From the IMG/VR virus record IMGVR_UViG_3300035210_000151: a DNA stretch of 64,000 nucleotides, one strand, 5' to 3'. Positions 39,875 to 50,791 of this stretch are shown here, piece by piece (within the stretch, counting starts at the first letter, position 1; every line of letters begins with the position of its first letter). The DNA comes from a virus. Its lineage: Duplodnaviria; Heunggongvirae; Uroviricota; Caudoviricetes. The notes under the pieces are model-generated. The model worked only from the letters and a program-made list of their open reading frames with translations. It was not told where the DNA came from and made no database searches. A program made the translations under genes and the position numbers.

Positions 39875-39955
39875 TTTCTTTCTCATAGAAATAGATGATT
39901 TTTTCACTGACATATGATATAATTCATGCTCTCAATACATTACAAGGGTTATTAA

Positions 39956-41161
39956 ATGACACCTACATTAAATGAAATTGAATCAAATCCAGAAATTTTA
40001 AGAGATTTTCTTATCTCACACAATCTTTCTGAGACGTATGTTGAAACACGGTCAATGAGTGATATTAATTATCCTATTGAGAATACTGATGAGTTTGTAT
40101 GGTCACACATTAAGACTTTCATGGCTTTTCGTGGTGGATATTATAACTTTAAGTTTAATAATCTAGACTTGTTCTATGCTATTATTTTTCCAACCTATTC
40201 GAATTCTGAGATTATTCAGTTAACGACTGTGCTGACATTTATTGATAAGTTATTTAATATGGATAAATACAAAATTCCAACCAATAGTTGCTCAATTACA
40301 GTTGTTAAACCAACCATTTCTGCTGATAATTCATATTTTACTATTATGCAGAAAAGTCCTAACAATTATCTTTTTAAAACAAAGCATATGGAAATTACGG
40401 TTAGAAGCCTTTCATTTGAGATACTTTATCATGCTATTTTGGTTGATTTGAAATTACATATTGAAAACTACTTTGGCGAAGAATTGCCTATTATTGATAC
40501 GGTTGTATTCAAAAATATGTTAAATGAAACGGCTAAATCTTATACTGATAGATTATTCAGCACTTCTGTTGTTAAGCCTATTACAAAAGAAGAATTTCTT
40601 GAATGTCTTGAACCTGTCAAATCAATTATTGTTAATGATGTAATTAAAGGCAACAATTATGGTAGTGGTTTTTGTGTGAATAAAGAAAAATTTATAAATA
40701 TTAACAGTGATGATCATAAGTATGGGTTTAGTTTTTTTATAAGTCTTAACAACATGTCACTACTTAAAACTATATTGAATAAGTCTATGTCATCAGAAAA
40801 TATTGATTTGTTGATTCACAACATCGCAATGACAGCCTTTTATCAGAATATTACAATGCCTAATGAACAAGTCACCTATATTGAGTTTTCTCGCTGTGAA
40901 ATATGTCATATGAACAAAACTCAAATTGCCCGAAAAGATTATTTTTATTCTATTACAGTGGGTCGTGACATGTTTACGTTAGGCATGGAGTTAGGTATCA
41001 ATATTATCCATGCTCCACATTGTATTAGAACAGAATCAATGCAAGACCTCTATCAGCAACAATTTAATAAGATTACGTCTAAAATTTGTGATATTTTGGA
41101 TACAGATTGTAATAATGTTACCGTAGCCGATCTTCAAGTTATTGATATGGCTTTGTTTTAA
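39956..41161 (+). CDS. orphan protein, paralog array E, C-terminal tag
   Basis: Collinear with neighbours; ends LQVIDMALF. Confidence 0.85.
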   Translation: MTPTLNEIESNPEILRDFLISHNLSETYVETRSMSDINYPIENTDEFVWSHIKTFMAFRGGYYNFKFNNLDLFYAIIFPTYSNSEIIQLTTVLTFIDKLFNMDKYKIPTNSCSITVVKPTISADNSYFTIMQKSPNNYLFKTKHMEITVRSLSFEILYHAILVDLKLHIENYFGEELPIIDTVVFKNMLNETAKSYTDRLFSTSVVKPITKEEFLECLEPVKSIIVNDVIKGNNYGSGFCVNKEKFININSDDHKYGFSFFISLNNMSLLKTILNKSMSSENIDLLIHNIAMTAFYQNITMPNEQVTYIEFSRCEICHMNKTQIARKDYFYSITVGRDMFTLGMELGINIIHAPHCIRTESMQDLYQQQFNKITSKICDILDTDCNNVTVADLQVIDMALF

Positions 41162-41221
41162 AGATTGTTGATTTTATAAATATATTTTGTTATAATCACA
41201 ACTATAATTAAAGGTGAATAA

Positions 41222-42421
41222 ATGGCCACACTACTCCAACAAATAACATATAATCCAGATATCTTGCATAATTTTTTTATGGAAAATAACCTTACGCCTA
41301 TTTTTAAAGAACAATCAGACTTTATGTTTAATTTTATGGTAGAAAATAAAGATTCATTCTTATGGGGGAAATACTTTCCAAATCCTCTTAACCAAATGGC
41401 AATTTATAATTTTAAATTTATTAATGATGATTTATTTTATTCTATAATTATGCCTAATTATACGAAATCAGAAATTAAACAATTGATTACTTTATTGTCT
41501 TTTATTGACACCTTATTTGATGGTGAGATTCGTAAATCTTATAATGATAGTTGCTCTTTTACTGTTTTACCCAATCATGTATATGCTGAAAACTCATATT
41601 TTCAGATTGACTGTTTTGGCTTAGAAAATTTTTCGTTGTCTACACTACATAGTGTAATTAAGTTAGATAATCTCTCTTTCAATTGTGTTTATTTTTCTTT
41701 ATTAAATAATTTAAAAAACAAAATAGATGGATATTTTAATCAGCCAAATATGATTATTGATAACACTGTTTTTAAAAATATGTTAAATGAAACTCATGAG
41801 GAATACATTAATAGAACTTACATTAATTCTCTGGTTCACCCTATATCTAACAATGAACTCACAGAGATTATTAACCAAAGTGATGTTAAATCAGTTGTCA
41901 TGAAGTCTGTAGAAAAAAAGATGCTGTGGGATAACACAATTTCGATTATTGATAATCGCCTTATTATTGATGATAGCCAACCATTTATTAGGATGAATAT
42001 TTGTCTTGATGATTTGTCCATTCTTAAAAAAATATTTAAAAATTCAATGAATGAAAGGGATGTTGGATTGCTTATTAATACACTTTCTATGATGTTTTTT
42101 TATTACAAAATGACAAAGAGAAATCAAAAAATTAAAGATTTATCACTAACTTTTTCTAATAATTCCTTTTCATCTAAAACTGATATAGATGCAATGGATA
42201 CTTTATTTTTTATCGAGATTGGATCAGATATATTTACTTTTGGACATAGTATTGGTATTAACATTGTAACAAATCCGACATCTCCAAAAATTGATACTTT
42301 TGAAAAGTTTTATCAAAAACAATTTAATGAAGTAACATCAACAATTTGCGATATTCTAGCCACAGATCGAGACAACATCACAGTAAAAGATTTTCAAGTT
42401 CTTGATATGGCATTATTTTAA
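41222..42421 (+). CDS. orphan protein, paralog array E, C-terminal tag
   Basis: VFKNMLNET shared with previous gene; ends FQVLDMALF. Confidence 0.85.
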   Translation: MATLLQQITYNPDILHNFFMENNLTPIFKEQSDFMFNFMVENKDSFLWGKYFPNPLNQMAIYNFKFINDDLFYSIIMPNYTKSEIKQLITLLSFIDTLFDGEIRKSYNDSCSFTVLPNHVYAENSYFQIDCFGLENFSLSTLHSVIKLDNLSFNCVYFSLLNNLKNKIDGYFNQPNMIIDNTVFKNMLNETHEEYINRTYINSLVHPISNNELTEIINQSDVKSVVMKSVEKKMLWDNTISIIDNRLIIDDSQPFIRMNICLDDLSILKKIFKNSMNERDVGLLINTLSMMFFYYKMTKRNQKIKDLSLTFSNNSFSSKTDIDAMDTLFFIEIGSDIFTFGHSIGINIVTNPTSPKIDTFEKFYQKQFNEVTSTICDILATDRDNITVKDFQVLDMALF

Positions 42422-42494
42422 ATTTTTTACATTTTAATTTGATCTCAGCTTCTTTTTTTGCTATAATGGTCATCTATTCATTGGAGGTCTACAT

Positions 42495-43142
42495 ATGAAA
42501 GTTGTTTTACTCGGTGCTCCCGGTTCTGGCAAAGGGACACAAGCAAAATTTATTTCAGAAAAATTCTCGATTCCACACATTTCGACTGGCGATATGCTTC
42601 GTCTCGAAAAAGAAAGCGGTACCGAACGTGGTGATTTGATTAAATCCCTTATTGATAATGGTCAATTCGTTTCTGATGAAATGATTATTTCTATCATCGA
42701 AGATCGTATTGCCCAACCAGACTGTAAAAATGGCTTCATTCTTGATGGTTTTCCGCGAACTCATGTTCAAGCCCTCAAAATGACCAGTATGGGCATTAAT
42801 GTGGACTATGTGATTGAAATTCGTGTGCCATTTGATTTGATTGTTGAACGTATCACTGGCCGTCTTGTCCATGAGCCATCAGGTCGTGTTTACCACAAAA
42901 TCTTCAATAAGCCAAAAGTAGAATGGCTGGATGATGAAACAGGTGAAGCGTTGATTCAACGTAAAGATGACACGGCAGAAGTGATTCTACCACGCCTTAG
43001 CACTTATGCGGAAAAGACCATGCCAGTGGTTGAGTATTACCGTGCAGAAGGTGAAGCAGGCCGTATTAACTTCGTCAGCATTGATGGTGTGGGTGAACTC
43101 AGCGTTATTACGCAGTCTGTTTTAGATGCACTGTCCTCATAA
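42495..43142 (+). CDS. adk: adenylate kinase
   Basis: GAPGSGKGTQA, HISTGDMLR, GFILDGFPRT, LID GRLVHEPSGRVYH, QRKDD. Confidence 0.97.
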   Translation: MKVVLLGAPGSGKGTQAKFISEKFSIPHISTGDMLRLEKESGTERGDLIKSLIDNGQFVSDEMIISIIEDRIAQPDCKNGFILDGFPRTHVQALKMTSMGINVDYVIEIRVPFDLIVERITGRLVHEPSGRVYHKIFNKPKVEWLDDETGEALIQRKDDTAEVILPRLSTYAEKTMPVVEYYRAEGEAGRINFVSIDGVGELSVITQSVLDALSS

Positions 43143-43154
43143 GAAAGACTAAAT

Positions 43155-43179
43155 AAAAACCCCTTCCGAGGGGTTTTTT
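43155..43179 (+). terminator. intrinsic terminator
   Basis: AAAAACCCCT-tccg-AGGGGTTTTT. Confidence 0.8.
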
Positions 43180-43241
43180 ATTGCTTGTTATTCGTGAAAG
43201 TAGTATAATAATGCTTCAAACAAATCATTTTGGAGGCTGCA

Positions 43242-43616
43242 ATGACTGATATCATCGTTACGAGCAAAGAAAAAAATCCCTGCGTAGGCTGTGGTGCCTG
43301 CTGTGCTTTCTTTCGAGTCTCCTTTCACTGGCTTGAAGCACAATCAGCCGGTGGCACAGTCCCTGATGAGGATACTGTAACAATCAGTCAGCCCCACCTT
43401 ATTGCTATGAAAGGTACTGACACAGCCAAAGACCCTCGTTGTGTTAACCTTGTAGGCACCATTGGCAAAGACAGTCAATGCAGTAAATATGAAACACGTT
43501 CTAGCTCTTGTAGAGACTTTGATGGTTCGTACCAATTTGGTCAGAAAGAGCCACGATGTGACCGTGCAAGGGCAAAGCATGGCCTTCCAGAATTGGCTCC
43601 AAGTGACTGGATTTGA
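43242..43616 (+). CDS. YkgJ-family cysteine cluster (CxxCxxCC) protein
   Basis: NPCVGCGACCAFFRVSFHW, RCVNLVG, CSKYETRSSSCRDF, CDRARAKHGLP. Confidence 0.88.
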   Translation: MTDIIVTSKEKNPCVGCGACCAFFRVSFHWLEAQSAGGTVPDEDTVTISQPHLIAMKGTDTAKDPRCVNLVGTIGKDSQCSKYETRSSSCRDFDGSYQFGQKEPRCDRARAKHGLPELAPSDWI

Positions 43617-43670
43617 TTTTTCGATATAAAATGTTATAATAGGGGTAACCAATTGTTGTTGGAGGTACCT

Positions 43671-43844
43671 ATGGATAACTATTTCTTTACGAACTTAGCC
43701 ATAATGGTAATACTGCTTACATCGCTTGTTCCTTTAAGCTTTTTTTACTTTTTAACAGTGAGAGCTAATCCAGAGAAAGACAAGCGAAAAAAAAGACCGA
43801 CCGTAGACCTTAAGTCTCTTGATGACTTAAATGAACCAAAATGA
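43671..43844 (+). CDS. small membrane protein
   Basis: GGAGG RBS, one TM segment, basic tail. Confidence 0.6.
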   Translation: MDNYFFTNLAIMVILLTSLVPLSFFYFLTVRANPEKDKRKKRPTVDLKSLDDLNEPK

Positions 43845-43969
43845 AACCTTAATTTAAGAGCCTGATGGCTCTTTTTTTTGTCTCCAATTTTCAATAAAAC
43901 TTTTCAATAAAACGTTGCCGTAATAGTTGAATAGTGTTATAATTTTGTCCACTTAAAAGAGGATATTAC

Positions 43970-44239
43970 ATGTTTAAATCTATTTCTTTTGTTGTTTTGG
44001 CTATCGCTGTGAGTGTTGCACATGCTGACAACTTTGATAAAGAACAATCGACCATAACAACTCTTTCAAATACAATTTTTATGAACGAAAAAACAGTCTT
44101 TGATGATTCATTTACCAGTGAGCTAACGGTTTCACCGGCTGATCTTGTGTATGGTGGTAGTGAACAAAACACTGACGCAGCTAATTTTGATGCTTTCAAC
44201 AAAGACAGCATTTCCAAAGAACTCTCTGCTAAACAATAG
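43970..44239 (+). CDS. small secreted protein
   Basis: Signal peptide ending AHA. Confidence 0.7.
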   Translation: MFKSISFVVLAIAVSVAHADNFDKEQSTITTLSNTIFMNEKTVFDDSFTSELTVSPADLVYGGSEQNTDAANFDAFNKDSISKELSAKQ

Positions 44240-44319
44240 TTATAAATATCAATATTTTTATTGACCAAAAGCTAGATAAATGATACAATCCATCAACTAA
44301 TTTTAATAGGAAGTCCATC

Positions 44320-44868
44320 ATGCAATATAAATCACTTGAAATGTTTCAGTTCTTTCTGCAGAACTATAAACTGAACCCAGTTGCTGTTTTGGAATTCAAT
44401 TTTGAACCGACTGGTGCTGATGACCAAGAAAAGCGTAAGGCGTCTATGTCGTTTGTTAAGCGTATGAACACTGTTTCACCCGCTCTTAATGAACTGTATG
44501 ACGCTCAATGTCGTATGTTGGGTGATTATCCAGAAATGCGAGTTGTTTATAAACTGGGGTTCAACCTTCATGCTTATAACGTATTGGCTCCACTGTATGC
44601 AAAGCTCGAAAAGAATGTTAAAGAGTTTCAACGTCTGTTGAAGAAACATTCTAGCCATCCAGACGTGGTTGAATATTACAAACTAGCCGAAGACCAGCTT
44701 CCATCTAATGTCTACGAAATGATGAAAGAAGACTTTGCTGCTTTTGAAACCGTCACTGTTCCACGTCTTGAAGACGCAAAAGCAAAATATCCTGACTGGG
44801 ATATGTGGGATGGAGCTTCACCTGACTGGGAACATGTTAATCAACTCTACAAAAACGCAAAAAAATAA
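44320..44868 (+). CDS. hypothetical protein
   Basis: Own promoter (TTGACC...TGATACAAT) and terminator. Confidence 0.75.
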   Translation: MQYKSLEMFQFFLQNYKLNPVAVLEFNFEPTGADDQEKRKASMSFVKRMNTVSPALNELYDAQCRMLGDYPEMRVVYKLGFNLHAYNVLAPLYAKLEKNVKEFQRLLKKHSSHPDVVEYYKLAEDQLPSNVYEMMKEDFAAFETVTVPRLEDAKAKYPDWDMWDGASPDWEHVNQLYKNAKK

Positions 44869-44916
44869 CGGAAGCCTCTTCGGAGGTTTTTCTGTTTTCA
44901 CTGAATAGGAGAATTT

Positions 44917-45465
44917 ATGGGATATACTACAGACTTTGAAGGTCAAATATCATTATCACGAGCTTTAACAGAAGAACAAGCTCATTACATTACTCAATTT
45001 TCTGATACGAGACGAATGGGCAGAGATGCCAATATTTGTCAAGAATTTGATGATCCTGTACGCGAAATGGTTGGATTACCTATTGGCGTTGAAGGTGAAT
45101 TCTGCGTATTTGACTATGGGTATAAAGATCGATCTGTTATTGACCACAATCAACCACCTTCCACGCAACCGGGACTTTGGTGTAATTGGGTCGCTACAGA
45201 AGATCTATCAGCTATTAAATGGAATGGTGCTGAAAAATTCTATTATTATTTAGAATGGCTAGTTTATATTCATGACAATATGCTGGTTAAGTGGGGTATT
45301 ACCTATACAACCGATGGCAAGTTAACGTATCAAGGTGAAGAAGATAGTGATAATGGTGAAATCTTCATCAGCGGTGGGTCTATCGTTAAAACAAATAAAG
45401 AAGGTTTTAATGAAGTCTGTGAACTAAAACCCGTCGAGAACAATAAAATAACAGGAGATAATTGA
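44917..45465 (+). CDS. conserved hypothetical protein of phage type
   Basis: MGYTTDFEG, QPGLWCNW, WNGAEKFYYY.EWL.Y motifs. Confidence 0.75.
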   Translation: MGYTTDFEGQISLSRALTEEQAHYITQFSDTRRMGRDANICQEFDDPVREMVGLPIGVEGEFCVFDYGYKDRSVIDHNQPPSTQPGLWCNWVATEDLSAIKWNGAEKFYYYLEWLVYIHDNMLVKWGITYTTDGKLTYQGEEDSDNGEIFISGGSIVKTNKEGFNEVCELKPVENNKITGDN

Positions 45466-46523
45466 TTATGGGTTCTTTTTACATGAATTGTGCCGTAACA
45501 CGTCATCCATTTTGCTACGATCAGGAAGACGCCGTACTTATTCCTATTTTCGTAAAATATAGCAAAGAACGACCTGTTTATATGCATGACAACTGCTCTA
45601 TTTTTCCCTTATTTGTGAATGCTAAATATCACGACTATGGTCAGTTTGAAGTTGAAGAAGGCCCAATGTCTGAACGTGTTCTAGACTTGCTGGCGGCGGC
45701 TCTTGAAAATGGCGTTACAGGTGGTAGGCGTCGTAGTGATGATGAAGAAGACGAAATTGATATTGAAAATTTCAACTGGGATACCTTCTTTGAACTCACT
45801 CACGAAAACAAATCCTGTAGTTATGGCCGTATTAGTTATGTTGCTGTTCATAAAAAAGTTTTTGACCGAATTATTTCAGACTATACTTTGTATGGTAAGT
45901 TGGATACGAGTATAGAGGGATATACATCTGAAAATTATGGCAGTTATGGCTTCGACCATTATCTGGCGGAAGAGATAAAATCTATGGCTGATAAACAAGT
46001 GAAAGCTGATGAGGTTTCAAAAGACTATGCTGATCGTATTGCTGCTCTTACTGCCAAAGAATTGGCAGCTCATCTTGCCAACGGTAATGATGAAGCATCT
46101 TTTACTCCCAGCACAGATCTCATGTTATTAGGTTTCCGTCGAGACATGAAAGTCAATGAAATACTCAGTGAACCTAACTATGGTGAATATGCTTACTTAA
46201 AAGCAAATCAGTTGGCTCCAGACTTACCAAGCTTGGGTGATGAAGAGTTTTTGAATGCTCAAAAAATCAAATTCTTCAGTGCATTCATGGCAGGTATTAA
46301 TATGCCTTGGGCTGAATCTGTTTATGCTGGTCAAGAGTGTGATACTGACGGCTATAAAGTGCTTCGTAATTGCTATGCTGATTTGACTGTTCAAAGCACT
46401 ATTAACCATTTTGAAGAAAACTGTGCCAGCAAGGATGATGTTGTGATTGATAAAAATGATAAAATCCTGATGGAACTTATGGATAAGCTCAATCATATTG
46501 ATGTAGAATATATCAAAGAATAA
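45462..46523 (+). CDS. hypothetical acidic protein
   Basis: AGGAG RBS (likely ATG at 45468); Y.DYG and YAGQ motifs. Confidence 0.75.
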   Translation: MIMGSFYMNCAVTRHPFCYDQEDAVLIPIFVKYSKERPVYMHDNCSIFPLFVNAKYHDYGQFEVEEGPMSERVLDLLAAALENGVTGGRRRSDDEEDEIDIENFNWDTFFELTHENKSCSYGRISYVAVHKKVFDRIISDYTLYGKLDTSIEGYTSENYGSYGFDHYLAEEIKSMADKQVKADEVSKDYADRIAALTAKELAAHLANGNDEASFTPSTDLMLLGFRRDMKVNEILSEPNYGEYAYLKANQLAPDLPSLGDEEFLNAQKIKFFSAFMAGINMPWAESVYAGQECDTDGYKVLRNCYADLTVQSTINHFEENCASKDDVVIDKNDKILMELMDKLNHIDVEYIKE

Positions 46524-46537
46524 TAGTTAGCCTGTAT

Positions 46538-46562
46538 AAAAAAGGAGCTTCGGCTCCTTTCT
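46538..46562 (+). terminator. intrinsic terminator
   Basis: AAAGGAGC-ttcg-GCTCCTTT. Confidence 0.8.
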
Positions 46563-46649
46563 GTTTTCTTATTCTTAGAAATGTGTAGATTCAATTGATC
46601 TTTTTGATTATTTCAGGTATAATTGTATAAATTTAACGAGGACGTTACC

Positions 46650-47849
46650 GTGGACATTCAGGATATTTTAAAAAATCACTACAATGTTAGCCAATTTATT
46701 GAAATGGTTGGTGATAAATTCCCTCTGCTCACAAAATTTAAAGATACCCATCAAGATAAAATTTGGCACGCAGAAGGGGATGTTCATATTCACACCGATA
46801 TGGTGCTGGATCAAACCTATGACCTTATTGCTAACCAAGCTTCTTATCTCAGTGATGATGATAAGTTTTCATTGATTATTGGTGCATTGCTCCATGACAT
46901 TGCTAAACCTTTGGTGACGAAAGAAGCCGAACGCAATGGTCGTGTTTGTGTGATTGCTCCAAAACATGAGTATGTCGGTATCTCTTACCTTATTCATCGC
47001 ATTCAATCACTCAATATTTCACAAGAAAATATTTTGAAAATTATGGGGCTTGTTGGATATCACCAAGTACCTAAATTGATGATCATGCGAGACAAAAGCC
47101 ACTGGGAGTATTTTAACCTTTCTCAGAAAGCTCGTTTGGATCTCTTGTATTTTCTTGAAATTGCAGACATGAAAGGTCGTATTGGTGAAGATCTTGAAAA
47201 CCAACTTGAATACCTTGAACTGTTTAAGTTGTATGCTCAGGAACAGGGCTGCTTTGAAGGGGCCAAACTTCCAGTTATCAGTGATAATGAATATGTGCAA
47301 ATGAAAGGTTTTAAAGCGTTGCTTAATGGCACTATTCATATGCCAGAAGAAGCCGAAAGCAAATTCTTTGCTCACAAAGATGAACATGGTGAACTGGTTG
47401 TAATGGCCGGTATCAGTGGCGTTGGTAAATCCACTTATATTAAGCAAAAGTATCCTGATCATGTTTTGGTATCTCTTGATGAAATTCGGGCTGATTTGGG
47501 CAAGAATAGACAAGATCACACCAATGAAGACAAAGTTCTGCAGGTGGCAAGGTTGAAAATCAAGACGTTGTTGGCGAAAAAGAACAAAGTTGTTTATGAC
47601 GCTACCAACATTCGTCGTGACTTCCGTGATAAAGTGTTGACGATTGGTCATAACTACAATGCTTTGACTCGTGTCGATTTCTTGACCGACTCGTTGACTA
47701 ACATTGTAAAACGTGACAATGAGCGGGAACATTCAGTGGGGGCTAAAATTATTCATTATCAAGATGATCGATTTGAATATCCAGAATTTGATGAATGTGA
47801 TTCTTACAGCATCGTTTTCAGTGATGCCAGCAAGAAAAAGAAATGGTAA
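46650..47849 (+). CDS. HD-domain plus P-loop (AAA_33/PNK-like) kinase fusion
   Basis: QDKIWHAEGDVHIHT, ALLHDIAKP, ADMKGR; GISGVGKST, SLDEIR, VYDATN; GTG start after GAGG. Confidence 0.85.
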   Translation: MDIQDILKNHYNVSQFIEMVGDKFPLLTKFKDTHQDKIWHAEGDVHIHTDMVLDQTYDLIANQASYLSDDDKFSLIIGALLHDIAKPLVTKEAERNGRVCVIAPKHEYVGISYLIHRIQSLNISQENILKIMGLVGYHQVPKLMIMRDKSHWEYFNLSQKARLDLLYFLEIADMKGRIGEDLENQLEYLELFKLYAQEQGCFEGAKLPVISDNEYVQMKGFKALLNGTIHMPEEAESKFFAHKDEHGELVVMAGISGVGKSTYIKQKYPDHVLVSLDEIRADLGKNRQDHTNEDKVLQVARLKIKTLLAKKNKVVYDATNIRRDFRDKVLTIGHNYNALTRVDFLTDSLTNIVKRDNEREHSVGAKIIHYQDDRFEYPEFDECDSYSIVFSDASKKKKW

Positions 47850-47871
47850 CTGTTTTTTAAATGTAAGCAAT

Positions 47872-47899
47872 AAAAAAGACCCTTCTGGGTCTTTTTTTT
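47872..47899. terminator. bidirectional terminator
   Basis: AAAAAAGACCC-ttct-GGGTCTTTTTT. Confidence 0.8.
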
Positions 47900-48540
47900 T
47901 ACATCTTTATTTTAGGTATTGGTGGCTTAACACATTGTGGTACCGCAGCTACTTGTGGAATTTTGACCATTTGAACAGCAACTTCGTCATCAGGATCTCT
48001 TGGTGTTTGTCTGGCGAAAAACCTACGAGTAGCTTCTACGTGGAATTCGTTTGGATTCCATAAACCCATTTCTCTGGCATGATCTTCTGCACCAGAAACA
48101 GAAGCTTTAATGGTTGGGCGTCCTGACACAATCGTCCCAGCTAGACGATGGTTGCCATCATCAAGAATATAATCTGGGTAATGACCCATGCTTGGAATAC
48201 CTACATCTATGGAGATAACTTTTTCAGGTTCGTTGAGTGCAAAAAAGGCTATTTTTTTGACATGGTTTTCACGAATTTCTTCTGGTGTTAGTTCAACCTT
48301 CTTGAAGGCAATGTCATACCAACTTGGTGTAATAGCTAATTCTGCTTTACCGTCTTTTATACATTGTTTTACTTCTTCAATGGTAATAGGTTTATCTAAT
48401 TCCATCCAACAGCCATTGAATGGATTAGCATATTCCATAATTTTTGCCACATCAAGTGTGTGATGTTCTAGTTTATCTAATTCATCATCAGTGTAGGAAG
48501 ATAAGTCTTTTTTATTCGCTTTTGACATCTTTAATCTCAT
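47899..48540 (-). CDS. ParB/Srx-like domain protein
   Basis: ILDDGNHRLAG motif; start uncertain. Confidence 0.55.
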   Translation of the reverse strand: MRLKMSKANKKDLSSYTDDELDKLEHHTLDVAKIMEYANPFNGCWMELDKPITIEEVKQCIKDGKAELAITPSWYDIAFKKVELTPEEIRENHVKKIAFFALNEPEKVISIDVGIPSMGHYPDYILDDGNHRLAGTIVSGRPTIKASVSGAEDHAREMGLWNPNEFHVEATRRFFARQTPRDPDDEVAVQMVKIPQVAAVPQCVKPPIPKIKM

Positions 48541-48613
48541 TGTTTTCTTATATTTTAACATTATTTGAGAAATATTAAAGTATGATCACTAATATAAAAT
48601 GATGACAATTTGC

Positions 48614-49024
48614 TTATGGTTTCTTTTTAGTTTTTTTCAAACTGTTTACATAGGCTTTTTGTTCATCATTCAAAAGACTTGGATCAAGATTTAAAATGAA
48701 TTCTTTCATTTCTTTGTTTTCTTGCATGAGTGGCCTAATCACCAGACTGGTGTGGTAGGAATACGCTTGAGAAATACTTTTACGAACATCTTTGAGTTCA
48801 TCAGGTGTTAATTTAATGACGGGTTCATCGGTATAGATAATGAACTTACCATTATCCCAATCAATACCACATACCATGTCTCTAATTTTGACAGTAGGCA
48901 TTCCACCAATCGATCCTTGAGATACAATTGCAATCTCAACTGTGTTGTCTAACTCTCGTGGTCGATTTTTTTCAATGTGTTCAATAAATAACTTCAAGTC
49001 ATTTAATGTCTCAAATTTAATCAT
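48614..49024 (-). CDS. hypothetical protein
   Basis: AGGAG RBS; GIDWDNGK motif. Confidence 0.7.
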   Translation of the reverse strand: MIKFETLNDLKLFIEHIEKNRPRELDNTVEIAIVSQGSIGGMPTVKIRDMVCGIDWDNGKFIIYTDEPVIKLTPDELKDVRKSISQAYSYHTSLVIRPLMQENKEMKEFILNLDPSLLNDEQKAYVNSLKKTKKKP

Positions 49025-49080
49025 GAGTAATTCTCCTATATTCGCCGTATTTTATCACAAATGATGTTCGTGGTCAATCG

Positions 49081-49129
49081 CTGTCAAATCTCAATTAAAT
49101 TGACAGTAAATTAATCCCTATGGTATAAT
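49081..49129. promoter_or_regulatory. back-to-back divergent promoters
   Basis: CTGTCAA-N12-TTGACAG; + strand TTGACA-18-TATAAT with TG extension. Confidence 0.6.
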
Positions 49130-49152
49130 GACGTTCATTTAGGAGACTTTTC

Positions 49153-49452
49153 ATGACTGTATTAACCGCTGAAATCCTTCACGAATTGGTAAGCAATGGC
49201 TTTAACCAACTGGTGATTTCTCATGACTTGTCAATTAAGCGTCTTGTGGGCTATATTGATGGTGAGGATGACTATTACTACATCTTGAAGAATACTTATG
49301 GTTCTGTTCATGACTACACCAATGTATCGGCTGTCATGCCACTTTACTTCTTGAAAGATTCCACTGAGCCTGATGTTTATACGCAACTTGATTCGATGGC
49401 TTCCATGAATGGAGCTGATTGCGAATCAAACATGATTGTCAAAAAAGAATAA
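49153..49452 (+). CDS. hypothetical protein
   Basis: AGGAG RBS. Confidence 0.7.
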   Translation: MTVLTAEILHELVSNGFNQLVISHDLSIKRLVGYIDGEDDYYYILKNTYGSVHDYTNVSAVMPLYFLKDSTEPDVYTQLDSMASMNGADCESNMIVKKE

Positions 49453-49499
49453 TCATTAACATAAGAAGCTGCCAAGCTTCTTATGCTTCCAATTTTCAA

Positions 49500-50090
49500 T
49501 TACAAATTACCGTCGAATTCTAGTTTTTTCTTTGACATTTGTAATTTATATCCATATTTCGCACAAAACCAGAGCACAAAATCAATAATAAATATAGTCC
49601 CATCTCTATCATCCACTTCAGATAAAGAATGCCCATATTTTTTTAGATTATCTTCATGTCGGTGTAAATCTCTGAATATGTATTTGAACCTATCAAAATT
49701 ATTCATGAATTCAGGAAGAAACAATAACTCTTGACGATAACGATCAATTTCAAACCACATCGTTGTTGTTTGTGGTGTAAAGTCTTCGTTTAGACCACAT
49801 TCAAAGTCTTTGAAAGCTTTTAGTTCTTGTTCTAAATTTAAAAACTCAATACGCTTATGCTTAATCGGCTGGAGTGTCAGTCCATTACTAGCAAAGTAAT
49901 CAAAAAATACATTAAATAGGTATTTCTTTAAGATGGCAAGTGAATGAGTGTTCAACGGATTTGATGCTTCTGCATTTGAATAATAATGTGAGAGCAATCT
50001 GAGAAAGTTGTCTTGTGATTCTGGGTCACGTAAAAATACAGGTAAGTGTTCGCCCTTTCTTTTCCATTCTATTAATTTATCATTTGACAT
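49500..50090 (-). CDS. hypothetical protein with internal domain duplication
   Basis: HLPVFLRD...FFDYFASNGLTLQ repeated as FLPEFMNN...VLWFCAKYGYKLQ. Confidence 0.7.
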   Translation of the reverse strand: MSNDKLIEWKRKGEHLPVFLRDPESQDNFLRLLSHYYSNAEASNPLNTHSLAILKKYLFNVFFDYFASNGLTLQPIKHKRIEFLNLEQELKAFKDFECGLNEDFTPQTTTMWFEIDRYRQELLFLPEFMNNFDRFKYIFRDLHRHEDNLKKYGHSLSEVDDRDGTIFIIDFVLWFCAKYGYKLQMSKKKLEFDGNL

Positions 50091-50249
50091 ATAATGGTTC
50101 TCCTAGTGCCGCTATTTTAGCATACTCTCTCTTTTTTTTAAAGTTATTTCTTTCTTAAAAACCATAGTATTTTAATAAAAGGTTGTTGCTCTATATTCCA
50201 TTGTTTGCTATAATCATTCATAATAATTAAACATAAGGATGATTTTTGT

Positions 50250-50696
50250 ATGAGCGAGAAAAAGATTCTGCAAGTTGGCGACTTGATCAAGGCAACCGGG
50301 TTTACTTTCAGTATGGAAGCGTCAATTGAGCTAATTTCTGGCCCATTCGGAGCTGAACATCGCCGTCTTCGTGTTTTCCATTTGAATGGATTGAAATGTT
50401 CTAACCCAGCTTGTCGTAACGTAGGCACCCGTCTTATTCAAGGCATTGACAAAGCCGGTGGTATTCATTGGGATGTTTATACTGATAGTATGATTCTGAT
50501 GAACGTTGACCATATTATCCCTAAACATCATGGCGGTAACAACTACATCAAGAACTTGCAACCTTTGTGCTTGAACTGTAACTGCTTGAAAGGTGATCGT
50601 ATGATTACCAACGAAGAACTCGCTGTTCTGTATCATGAAAACTTGAAGCGTCGTCGTGGTAAGCAAAAGGTTCGTGAACTTCGTGAACCATGCTAA
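50250..50696 (+). CDS. HNH endonuclease
   Basis: CSNPAC, NVDHIIPKHHGGNNYIKNLQPLCLNCNCLKG. Confidence 0.88.
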   Translation: MSEKKILQVGDLIKATGFTFSMEASIELISGPFGAEHRRLRVFHLNGLKCSNPACRNVGTRLIQGIDKAGGIHWDVYTDSMILMNVDHIIPKHHGGNNYIKNLQPLCLNCNCLKGDRMITNEELAVLYHENLKRRRGKQKVRELREPC

Positions 50697-50791
50697 CAAC
50701 TTAACAAAAAAGCCAGCCTAGTGTTGGCTTTTTCTTGAAGGCGATTTAACAATGTGTTATAATTAACGAAATTCTTTGGAGAGATAAAGAA

